Part shown: in pieces, positions 9,525 to 17,809 of the stretch | Layout: every line of letters begins with the position of its first letter | Numbering within the stretch: the first letter of the stretch is position 1 | Assembly: GCA_041746575.1 (NCBI GenBank) | Contig: JBGTGT010000005.1 | Span: 1-33,084 of the forward strand | DNA from: Microcystaceae cyanobacterium | Lineage (GTDB): Bacteria > Cyanobacteriota > Cyanobacteriia > Cyanobacteriales > Microcystaceae | DNA length: 33,084 nt | Direction of reading: 5' to 3' | Translations under genes and position numbers: made by a program | Notes under the pieces: model-generated | Database searches by the model: none | What the model was told of the DNA's origin: nothing | The model's input: only the letters and a program-made list of their open reading frames with translations

Positions 9525-10922
9525 CTACATGAAGTCGTTTTTACCCCATTCTGTGCGTCCTGATAAGCGATCGCTAAAATAACGTTGATAAAGTTCACAA
9601 CTGACCTTTACTTGATTGCCTTGTAAGGTCACCAGCCCCATACTGTGTAATTTAAAAGCCAATAATTGATCCAATTCAATAGGGGTTGAAACGTTAATCA
9701 CCTGCTCATAGGCTTGCCCTAGCATCGGGTTTTCCTGTAAGGATTGTAACAGACGATGGAGGTGATGATGATAGATTCCTTCGTCAGTGGCTGAGGTTTG
9801 AATCAGTGGCTCTAAGGTTAAGGATTGACTGGTGAGATGATAAAAGGCTTGCTGAGTGAGGTAGGGATGGCCGCCCATTAAGTCCATTAACGGTAACAAG
9901 TCTTGCTCTGATAACGATAAACGATAGCGATGAGCTAAATCTTGAACCTGTTCTAGGGTAAAGGGGTGCAATTCGATGGCAAAGCCCACATTAAAAGGGG
10001 ATTTATTGATATCTAGGGGAATATAAACTTCAGTAGAATGCACAATAATCAGGCGTAAATTTTGCCAAAGCGGATTACCACTGGCACCGTAGGCGGCTTC
10101 TTCGTACCAAGATCGCAATAACGTAAAGAAATCATCGGCAATCTCAGGATGCAAAAAGACTTCATCCACTTGATCTAAAGCCAAAATAAGACTTCCTTCA
10201 AGATCGGGTAAGATGCAATCTTCAAAAAAGGCGGTGCAGTTACTCTTACTGCCGAAGGTATCACTCCAGTAGTCATCAATTTTGTGAGGTGTCTGAAGTT
10301 TTCGAGACACAGCATAGCAAAACCAGCGTAAAAATCGATCTAAATCCGAAAAAGCCGCTTTATCTGCCCGTTGCAAACTTAAAGGAATAACCGTTAAGGC
10401 ATTCTTTTCACTCTGTTGTTGAGCATGAGCAAGAATTCTGACCATGAGAGACGTTTTTCCCATTTTTCGAGGAGCTTTAATGCGAATTAACGCACCGGGG
10501 CGCATGATCTCTTCATAGCAACGGTGTTCAACCGGATAACGATCAATATAGAAACTTGAATCGAGAGGAATAACATTGGTTAAGGATTCAGAAATCACGG
10601 TAATAGGGGGAGAAGCCCTCTTCACTGTTTCAGTCTTTGCTTTTTGGCTGAGAACAGCAATCAATGTAGTTTTACTGACCTTTTCTCCTAAGCTAGCCGA
10701 CAAAATTTTCCACAATTTCGGGCCGACATCATGTTTAATATATTCAGGTGCGTAACCGACCCTATCAGCAATTTCATCATAACTTTGTCCTAACCAAGCC
10801 CCTTGTAAGACAGCCACTTCGATATTTTTGAGATGTCTAGAAGTCTGAGAAAAAACCGCCTCGTCCGCAACGCTTAAAGCCATTTCAAAAGAGAGGGGCG
10901 GTTCTCTGAGATAGTCTTCCAT
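9525..10922 (-). CDS. N-terminal HTH (vWA-MoxR-associated-type HTH) + AAA_35 (STAND-like) ATPase; predicted soluble regulator
   Basis: LKNIEVAVLQGAWLGQSYDEIA...GPKLWKILS..LGEKVSK HTH-type N-terminus. AAA_35 motifs SSFYIDR, IKAPRKMGKTSL (Walker A), LILALDQVD (Walker B), SPFNVG and GGHPYL. No TM segment. Confidence 0.82.
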   Translation of the reverse strand: MEDYLREPPLSFEMALSVADEAVFSQTSRHLKNIEVAVLQGAWLGQSYDEIADRVGYAPEYIKHDVGPKLWKILSASLGEKVSKTTLIAVLSQKAKTETVKRASPPITVISESLTNVIPLDSSFYIDRYPVEHRCYEEIMRPGALIRIKAPRKMGKTSLMVRILAHAQQQSEKNALTVIPLSLQRADKAAFSDLDRFLRWFCYAVSRKLQTPHKIDDYWSDTFGSKSNCTAFFEDCILPDLEGSLILALDQVDEVFLHPEIADDFFTLLRSWYEEAAYGASGNPLWQNLRLIIVHSTEVYIPLDINKSPFNVGFAIELHPFTLEQVQDLAHRYRLSLSEQDLLPLMDLMGGHPYLTQQAFYHLTSQSLTLEPLIQTSATDEGIYHHHLHRLLQSLQENPMLGQAYEQVINVSTPIELDQLLAFKLHSMGLVTLQGNQVKVSCELYQRYFSDRLSGRTEWGKNDFM

Positions 10923-11043
10923 TGACGCTAACCCAACGTTGAGATGTGTCGTTTATTTTAACCCACAACGCTAATAAGTCAGCAAATTTTAAGTTTAATT
11001 TCTATTTAGATACTGACATTCTGTGAGCCATTCAGCTTAAAGA

Positions 11044-11949
11044 TTAGTATCTTTGTCGTAGATATAAACCCACTAAACAAAAAATTCCGACGGCTCCTAG
11101 GCTATTAAGTAAATTCGGTTCGGGAACTTGTTCAATTCTAATACGAGCCACTGAGTAATTGGGTGTTGTGGGGTCAGAATTAAGAAAAGAACCCCCAAAG
11201 AAGTCCAAAATTCCCCCACTACCGGCGGGCAAAAAACCGGGGTGCAGTTGAATCGCTTCTGTTTCGGTCACCCCTTGAGCAATTTGAGGTAACGTAAAAG
11301 GAACATTGGCTAAACTTTCATCATTCACTTCCGTCCCTGCATCCCAAACTTGATTGCCTGATACAAGAAAATCTGCTCCCCGAAAATTGCCATTTATATC
11401 AAAAATTTCAATCGGGTTTTGATCAGCAATAAAAGCGTCGTTACTGGGAAAAAACATAGCGGCAAAGCTAAAATAACGGTTTTGTCCCCCCTTACCGTTG
11501 AGCTTAATAAGGGTTGAATTAACCTCTTCCGGAAAGAAGCCAATAAACGGGTTGTCGGGAGTAGAAAGAATTCCTTGAACACCGCCATTACTGCTTTGAC
11601 TATTAGCAAATAAACCCGAAATAGTATTGTCTAAAGGAATGACAAAATTATTAGGATCAAAGCCCAATCCCTCAAACCCCGGTAATTGACTTTCTAGCCC
11701 AGTGTAGCCATCTTCTGCAATATGTTCAATCCCCGTAGAAGCCAATGCTCCCGCATCAAATGTATTGAAACTTCCATCATGAAAACCAAACCATAAAGGG
11801 GTAACGATTGCCCCTTGAGGGGGGGTTAAGTTTTCGAGCGTAATTTTTAAGGTAATCGCTTTTACTTCCAAAGGAATAGTGAGCAGAGAGGTCAAGGAAA
11901 GGGTTATAGCGATCTTTGTTTTGCTAATAGGTAGGAACGGTTTTAACAT
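11044..11949 (-). CDS. Spondin_N-domain protein with PEP-CTERM sorting signal
   Basis: Signal peptide, then ITLENLTP, TPLWFGFHDG, IAEDG, FAAMFFPSNDAF and WDAGTEVNDE (Spondin_N). C-terminal VPEP + hydrophobic stretch + RQR. RBS AGGAG. Confidence 0.85.
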   Translation of the reverse strand: MLKPFLPISKTKIAITLSLTSLLTIPLEVKAITLKITLENLTPPQGAIVTPLWFGFHDGSFNTFDAGALASTGIEHIAEDGYTGLESQLPGFEGLGFDPNNFVIPLDNTISGLFANSQSSNGGVQGILSTPDNPFIGFFPEEVNSTLIKLNGKGGQNRYFSFAAMFFPSNDAFIADQNPIEIFDINGNFRGADFLVSGNQVWDAGTEVNDESLANVPFTLPQIAQGVTETEAIQLHPGFLPAGSGGILDFFGGSFLNSDPTTPNYSVARIRIEQVPEPNLLNSLGAVGIFCLVGLYLRQRY

Positions 11950-11993
11950 ATTTTCTCCTGTTAAGGTAAGACCAAAAATGACAAAAAAATTGA

Positions 11994-12230
11994 TTAAGCA
12001 AGGGCAGAATTAAAAGGAAACTTCGTGGCAGGTTGAGGCGCAAGACTATTTCCCCCTAATTGATAGGCAACCCCTCGATATTTCAGCAAGCTATTCAGTT
12101 GAGCAATTTTTGGCTCTCCTTTTTCAAGGATGTCGTTAACCCCTCGATACTTGATCTCAATAGAATGGGGACGATAGGCTGAGGTAGCGAAATCTTTTTG
12201 GTATTGACAACCCCGATAAGATAAAAGCAT
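11994..12230 (-). CDS. DUF4278 family small protein
   Basis: Three (L/I).YRG..Y-type repeats (LSYRGCQY, IKYRGVND, LKYRGVAY). RBS AAGGAG. Confidence 0.8.
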   Translation of the reverse strand: MLLSYRGCQYQKDFATSAYRPHSIEIKYRGVNDILEKGEPKIAQLNSLLKYRGVAYQLGGNSLAPQPATKFPFNSALA

Positions 12231-12268
12231 AAAATTTTCTCCTTGCGTTATTGTTTGGCGTTAATACC

Positions 12269-12312
12269 GTTATAAGTTCCATCCAGATAAATGGCGATAC
12301 AGAAAAGTTAAG
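12269..12312 (-). promoter_or_regulatory. Leftward promoter with shared 24-bp motif (copy 1)
   Basis: Minus strand reads CTTAACTTTTCTGTATCGCCATTT (12312-12289), with TATAAC starting 38 nt from the motif start (12274). Confidence 0.6.
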
Positions 12313-12497
12313 CATTTCTCTTTTGAATCCCCCTTAACTGATCTGTAGAGAAATTCAAGCAAAAAAACTCGTAACATGAACAAGCCTTTGATGAGGGATA
12401 CCATCTATCCACAATCGTTCATGAAAAACATACCAATCTTGTTTATAGGTCAATAATTCTCTAAACCGATAAAGATCTAAAATCCGTCAAAAAGATC

Positions 12498-12541
12498 CTT
12501 AACTTTTCTATATCCCCTTTTTGGGTCATTGACTCTATAAA
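12498..12541 (+). promoter_or_regulatory. Rightward promoter with shared 24-bp motif (copy 2)
   Basis: Plus strand reads CTTAACTTTTCTATATCCCCTTTT (12498-12521), with TATAAA starting 38 nt from the motif start (12536). It is 21/24 identical to copy 1. Confidence 0.6.
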
Positions 12542-12580
12542 GAATATAACCTCCTTGTTCTCCTAACCTAACGAATTCTA

Positions 12581-15500
12581 ATGTTTGACCTTATTTCCTA
12601 TAAATACCAAGTAGGGGGTGGCTTACCCTCTAATGCCCCCAGTTATGTCATTCGCAAAGCCGATGATGAAGTCTATCAAGCGTTGAAAGCAGGAGAATTT
12701 TGTTATGTTCTCAATGCGCGTCAGGTGGGCAAATCCAGTTTACGCGTCCGTGTCACTCAGCGATTACAAGCAGAAGGATTTGTTTGCGTCAATGTTGATC
12801 TTTCAGGGATTGGCAATCGAGACAGTACCCCTGCCCAATGGTATGCCGATATTATGATGCGCCTGATACGGGGGCTAAAATTATCAAAAGAGATTAATCT
12901 GCGTCATTGGTTAGCAGAACGACAAAATCTGTCTCCTATCAACTGTTTAGGAGAATTATTGCAAGATTTTCTCCCCGAAAAAATTGAGCAACCCATCGTG
13001 ATCTTTTTCGATGAAATTGACAGTACCTTGAGTCTTCCCTTTAATACCGATGACTTTTTTGCTCTTTTGCGGTCTTGCCATGAATATTCCCACTTAACCT
13101 TTACTTTACTAGGAGTAGCTACCCCTTCTGACTTGATTGCCGATAAAACCCGAACCCCCTTCAATGTCGGCTGTAGTATTCAACTCAAAGGATTTGAACT
13201 CGAAGAAGTACAGCCCCTCATCGTGGGCTTAGAATACAAAGTCAAACAACCACGGTGGGTGATGCAGGAAATTTTGAATTGGACTGGAGGACAACCCTTT
13301 TTAACTCAGAAACTCTGCCAAATGATTACTTCCCATCAAGGAATGCCTCTAGACACCTTAGACGTTCGTGAAATTGTTCAAGCGAAAATGATTGATAATT
13401 GGGTAGCGCAGGACGAACCCCCTCATTTACGAACCATTCGCGATCGCTTATTAACCCACGAACAACGCGCTAGTCGTCTGTTAGGACTCTATCAGCAAAT
13501 TTTACGGCAAGGTAACGTCGTCGCCGATGATTCCCCCGAACAAATTGAACTGTTACTCTCAGGTTTAGTCGTTAAAGAAGACGGAAATCTCAGAATATAT
13601 AATCAAATTTATGCAGAAGTTTTTAATTTAGATTGGGTAGAAAAACAAATTAATCAATTACGTCCTTATGCTGAACATTTTAAAGCGTGGGTGACCTCCA
13701 ATTACCACGATGAAACCCATTTACTGCGCGGACAAGCCCTCCTCGAAGCCCAAGCGTGGGCCAAAGACAAGAACTTAAGTAACCCAGACTATCGTTACTT
13801 GGCCGCCAGTCAGGAAGTAGAAAAACGAGAGGTTCAAGGGAATTTAGCGATTACTCAAAAAGCCAATCAAATTTTAACCACTGCTGAACAGAAAGGCAAA
13901 AAAATTATTCGATTGGGGGCGTTTATTGCCATTATCCTCCTTGGGGTTGCGGGATGGCTAACCCTCTTAACGGCTTCCCAAAAAAGACAAGTTGCCTTTG
14001 GGGAAATTAAGGCGATGACGCTCTCTTCGGAAGTCGCCTTTGAATCCCATCATACCCTCGATGCCTTGCTGGAAAGTCTAAAAGCAGGGATAAAACTACG
14101 GCAAATGGGCTGGGAAAGCGCAGATACCGACCTAAAAGTCCGATTAGAAAAAGCTCTCAGTCAATCACTCTATTGGATACGAGAGCATAATCGCTTAGAC
14201 GGCCATGAAGATGTGGTCACAAGGGTCAAGTTTAGCCCTGATGGTCAAACCCTTGCCACCGCCAGTTGGGATAAAACCGTAAAAATTTGGCAAACCGATG
14301 GTACGCTTTTACACACCCTCAAAGGTCACACTGATGCGGTATGGAGTGTCAACTATAGCCCCGATGGTCAACTGATTATCAGTGCCAGTCGCGATAAAAC
14401 CGCTAAAATTTGGCGAGTGAAGGATGGTAAAGAAGTTACGACTCTGCCTGTGGGTAAAGATTGGGTAGCCTGTGTGGGATTTAGCCCCGATAGTCAAATG
14501 GCCGCCACCATGGGCTGGAATGGCACGATTTACTTATGGAATATCAATGGGACGCTGATCAGATCCTTCCCGACCCATAAAGCTCCCGTGGTTGCCATTC
14601 ATGTCAGTCCCCAAGGGGATAAAATTGCTACCGCCAGTCGAGACGGTACAGCCAAAATTTGGAGTTTGGAGGGCAAAGAATTAGCCACCCTCCGAGGACA
14701 TCAGGATTGGGTCATGTATGTAAACTTTAGTAGCGATGGTCAAACCCTAGTAACGGGAAGTAAGGATAAAACGGCAAAAATCTGGGATCTTCAGGGCAAG
14801 GAACTAGCGACCTTACAAGGACACACGGATACGGTCGGCAGTGCCGTTTTTAGCCCCGATGGCCAAACGATTGCCACCGCAGGATTTGATAAAACTGTTC
14901 ATCTCTGGAATCGCCACGGCAAACCCCTACAAGTTCTCCAAGGCCACACGGAAGCAGTATGGGGCGTTAATTTTAGTAATGATGGTAAAACCCTCGCTAG
15001 TAGCGGAGAAGACGGCACCGTTAGACTGTGGAAACTAGATCAGGGCGCAAACGGCTCAAGATCCTTTGAACTTCTACCAATGGGAGAAGATGCGATCGCC
15101 CACGTCAGTCTCAGTCCCGATGGTCAGATTTTGGCAACGGCGGGACGCTATACGATGGCAAAGCTTTGGGATTTACAAGGCAATCTACTAACCGTTCTTA
15201 ACAGTCATGGCGATAATCTCAGAAGTATTCACTTTAGTCCCGATGGACAATTGATCGTTACCACCAGTCGCGATAAAACCGCAAAGGTGTGGAATCTTCA
15301 AGGCAAAGAATTATTGACCTTGCGCGGCCATCAAGGCGAAGTTCGAGATGCCCGTTTTAGCCCCGATGGACAGTTAATTGCCACAGCTAGTTGGGACACG
15401 ACAGCTAAAGTGTGGAATCTTCAAGGAAAAGAAATCTTAACCTTAAAAGGACATCAAGGCGTCATCAGAAAGGTCAGTTTTAGCCCCAATGGTCAAATTT

Positions 15501-16033
15501 TAGCAACGGCTAGTGAAGACGGCACCGCCAAACTCTGGAATTTGCAGGGGCAACTTTTAAACACGTTAAAAGGCCATAAGGCGGGCATTTTAGCAGTGGC
15601 TTTTAGTCCTGATGGACAGCTCATTGCTACAGCTAGTAAAGATAAAACGGTCAAACTCTGGAATCTAGAGGGGCAAAACCTAGAAACGCTTCAAGATCAT
15701 GAGGCAGAGGTCAACGATGTCAATTTTAGTCGGGATGCTCAGCAAATTGCCACTGTTTCTGAAGATGGTACGATTAAATTATGGTCACAAAAGGGTGAGG
15801 TACTTCAAACCTTAGGGGGTCATCGTTCAGGTGTAAAAAGTGTCAGTTTTTTGCCGGATGGTCAACGCATGATTACATCCGATTCTATTGGTAATATCAT
15901 TCTGTGGCAAGGGTCTTGGGATGTTGAACCCGAAAAACTCTTAACACAAAGCTGTGAATGGCTGAAAGATTACCTAAAAAGCAATGCAAATGTCAGTGCA
16001 TCTGAGCGAAATCTCTGCGATTTGGTTAAATAA
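12581..16033 (+). CDS. AAA_35 (STAND-like) ATPase + single TM + 14 WD40 repeats
   Basis: YQVGGGL...SYVIR.AD, LNARQVGKSSL (Walker A), IVIFFDEID (Walker B), TPFNVG and GGQPFLTQ. TM LGAFIAIILLGVAGWLTLLTA is preceded by KGKKIIR. 14 GH...FSPDG...W repeats counted, consistent with two 7-bladed propellers. Confidence 0.9.
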   Translation: MFDLISYKYQVGGGLPSNAPSYVIRKADDEVYQALKAGEFCYVLNARQVGKSSLRVRVTQRLQAEGFVCVNVDLSGIGNRDSTPAQWYADIMMRLIRGLKLSKEINLRHWLAERQNLSPINCLGELLQDFLPEKIEQPIVIFFDEIDSTLSLPFNTDDFFALLRSCHEYSHLTFTLLGVATPSDLIADKTRTPFNVGCSIQLKGFELEEVQPLIVGLEYKVKQPRWVMQEILNWTGGQPFLTQKLCQMITSHQGMPLDTLDVREIVQAKMIDNWVAQDEPPHLRTIRDRLLTHEQRASRLLGLYQQILRQGNVVADDSPEQIELLLSGLVVKEDGNLRIYNQIYAEVFNLDWVEKQINQLRPYAEHFKAWVTSNYHDETHLLRGQALLEAQAWAKDKNLSNPDYRYLAASQEVEKREVQGNLAITQKANQILTTAEQKGKKIIRLGAFIAIILLGVAGWLTLLTASQKRQVAFGEIKAMTLSSEVAFESHHTLDALLESLKAGIKLRQMGWESADTDLKVRLEKALSQSLYWIREHNRLDGHEDVVTRVKFSPDGQTLATASWDKTVKIWQTDGTLLHTLKGHTDAVWSVNYSPDGQLIISASRDKTAKIWRVKDGKEVTTLPVGKDWVACVGFSPDSQMAATMGWNGTIYLWNINGTLIRSFPTHKAPVVAIHVSPQGDKIATASRDGTAKIWSLEGKELATLRGHQDWVMYVNFSSDGQTLVTGSKDKTAKIWDLQGKELATLQGHTDTVGSAVFSPDGQTIATAGFDKTVHLWNRHGKPLQVLQGHTEAVWGVNFSNDGKTLASSGEDGTVRLWKLDQGANGSRSFELLPMGEDAIAHVSLSPDGQILATAGRYTMAKLWDLQGNLLTVLNSHGDNLRSIHFSPDGQLIVTTSRDKTAKVWNLQGKELLTLRGHQGEVRDARFSPDGQLIATASWDTTAKVWNLQGKEILTLKGHQGVIRKVSFSPNGQILATASEDGTAKLWNLQGQLLNTLKGHKAGILAVAFSPDGQLIATASKDKTVKLWNLEGQNLETLQDHEAEVNDVNFSRDAQQIATVSEDGTIKLWSQKGEVLQTLGGHRSGVKSVSFLPDGQRMITSDSIGNIILWQGSWDVEPEKLLTQSCEWLKDYLKSNANVSASERNLCDLVK

Positions 16034-16039
16034 GATGAA

Positions 16040-17416
16040 TCATTTGTCACAGTTCCATTGTTCTCGAAAGGTTTGCACGACTCGATTTAAACCGACTGAA
16101 TTAGACGCTTTAAACAGAATACGATCTCCTGAGGTTACAATTGACAATAATTCTTTTAATAAAGCTTCATGTGTACTAAAACAATCTGTTTTGACCCCAG
16201 ATGCCCCCTCTGCGATCGCTTCTGCTTCTCCATCATCTACTAAAATCAACAAGTGATCAATTCCCAAATCTTTGACTGTTTTTCCGACTTTTTCATGTAA
16301 TTCTGCTGACTTTTCGCCCAACTCTTTCATTGTTCCTAATACGGCTAAATAACGCTTGCCCTCTGTATCCTTGAGGAGTTGTAACGCCGCCAACATAGAT
16401 TCCAAACCCGCATTGTAGGTTTCGTCCAACACGACCACATCTGAGTTTAAATCATAACGTTGCGATCGCCCACTGGGTAAATTGACGGTAATACCATCCA
16501 ACAATAAAGACCAATCAAGACGAAGAACCTTAGCCACCGCTAAAGCCGCTAAATAATTTAAAGCATTGTGACGACCGGATAAAGGGATCGGGAATTGCAT
16601 CCCTTCCACATCTAGCACCTGAAAATCCCGAATTTTCCCCGTCATATCTCCTCCCTCTAAACCATAAGTTATCGTTTCACCTTGCCAAACCTTAGCCGCC
16701 GTTTCTAACAATAACGGATTGTCATGATTAAGAATTGCCACACTATCTGCCGGCATTTCTGCCAATAATTCACATTTTGCCTCAGCAATCGCTTCCCGTG
16801 ACCCCAAGCGTCCAATATGTGCTGTTCCCACATTCGTGATCAAACCAATCGTAGGTCGACTCATTTGACTGAGAAGGGCAATCTCCCCCCTGCCTCGCAT
16901 AGCCATCTCGATTACCCCATAATCATGCTCAGATCTCAGCTCAAGTAAAGTTTTCGGAACGCCGATTTCATTATTATAATTAGCTTGGGTCTTATGCACT
17001 CGACCATAAACCCTCAACATTCCTGCGATAAGCTCCTTTGTGGTGGTTTTTCCCACTGATCCGGTTATACCAATTATCGGAATCGTAAATTGATTGCGCC
17101 ACCAATAGGCTAACCGTTGATAAGCCATCAGCGTATCAGACACCATCAGGTGAGGAATTTTCTGAACCGATAATGCCGTAAGAGGGGTATCAACAATTAA
17201 GACCACTGCCCCTTTCTTAAAGGCAATTTCCGCAAAACGATGACCATCAAAATGCTCTCCCCGTAATGCTAAAAAAGCATCGCCCGTCTGAAGATTTCGG
17301 GTGTCTGTGCAAATATTTCTAACCCATTCCGTTCCTTTTTGTTCGGGTAAATTTACGGATTGACAGTCGAGAATTTCACGGAGTTGGTTAATATTAAATA
17401 GATAAGACATAGACAA
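16040..17416 (-). CDS. murF: UDP-N-acetylmuramoyl-tripeptide--D-alanyl-D-alanine ligase
   Basis: DTR, GEHFDGH, GITGSVGKTTTKE, NYNNEIGVP, EMAMRGRGEI, DETYNA, LGTMKELG and LFKAS. Confidence 0.96.
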   Translation of the reverse strand: MSMSYLFNINQLREILDCQSVNLPEQKGTEWVRNICTDTRNLQTGDAFLALRGEHFDGHRFAEIAFKKGAVVLIVDTPLTALSVQKIPHLMVSDTLMAYQRLAYWWRNQFTIPIIGITGSVGKTTTKELIAGMLRVYGRVHKTQANYNNEIGVPKTLLELRSEHDYGVIEMAMRGRGEIALLSQMSRPTIGLITNVGTAHIGRLGSREAIAEAKCELLAEMPADSVAILNHDNPLLLETAAKVWQGETITYGLEGGDMTGKIRDFQVLDVEGMQFPIPLSGRHNALNYLAALAVAKVLRLDWSLLLDGITVNLPSGRSQRYDLNSDVVVLDETYNAGLESMLAALQLLKDTEGKRYLAVLGTMKELGEKSAELHEKVGKTVKDLGIDHLLILVDDGEAEAIAEGASGVKTDCFSTHEALLKELLSIVTSGDRILFKASNSVGLNRVVQTFREQWNCDK

Positions 17417-17809
17417 AAAATCGCAAGAAATAAGCGAAGTTACTGAATAACAAACATGATTCTAAAAGTGATCAGGATCACATGCAAAATGTGTTTTTAT
17501 CCGTTATTGTGGCAGATGAAAGCCATAATAATATGGGAAAAAGCTATGAAGACAGGACTTTATCCAATCTTTATAATTATTTAAAGAGATGGTTTAAATT
17601 TCTCTCAAAATTCAAATACTCTCCCTTATCAATTGCTTTCTTTCTCAATATCGTTTAAAACAAAATTTAATTTCTCTAGACGATAAATTCAGGAAAATGT
17701 TGCCATTATGCTGATTTTATTTTCAGCGATCACCCCTTAATTAAGCCTAAGTTAACCTTTATGTTTCTAGCCCATGGCGATTATCTATATATAAGGAGGG
17801 CTGCGTCCT

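Noticed and set aside
12231..12430. Glutamine (glnA) riboswitch expected upstream of DUF4278
   Set aside because: The conserved CGTTCA...GGAAGTA...GAAGGAACG core is not found on the coding (minus) strand. ATCGTTCAT at 12414 is on the wrong strand and lacks the rest of the motif.
14185..15910. WD40 repeats as a hypervariable array or diversity-generating retroelement target
   Set aside because: The repeats are well diverged at the DNA level, with no near-identical template/variable pair and no reverse transcriptase in the window.
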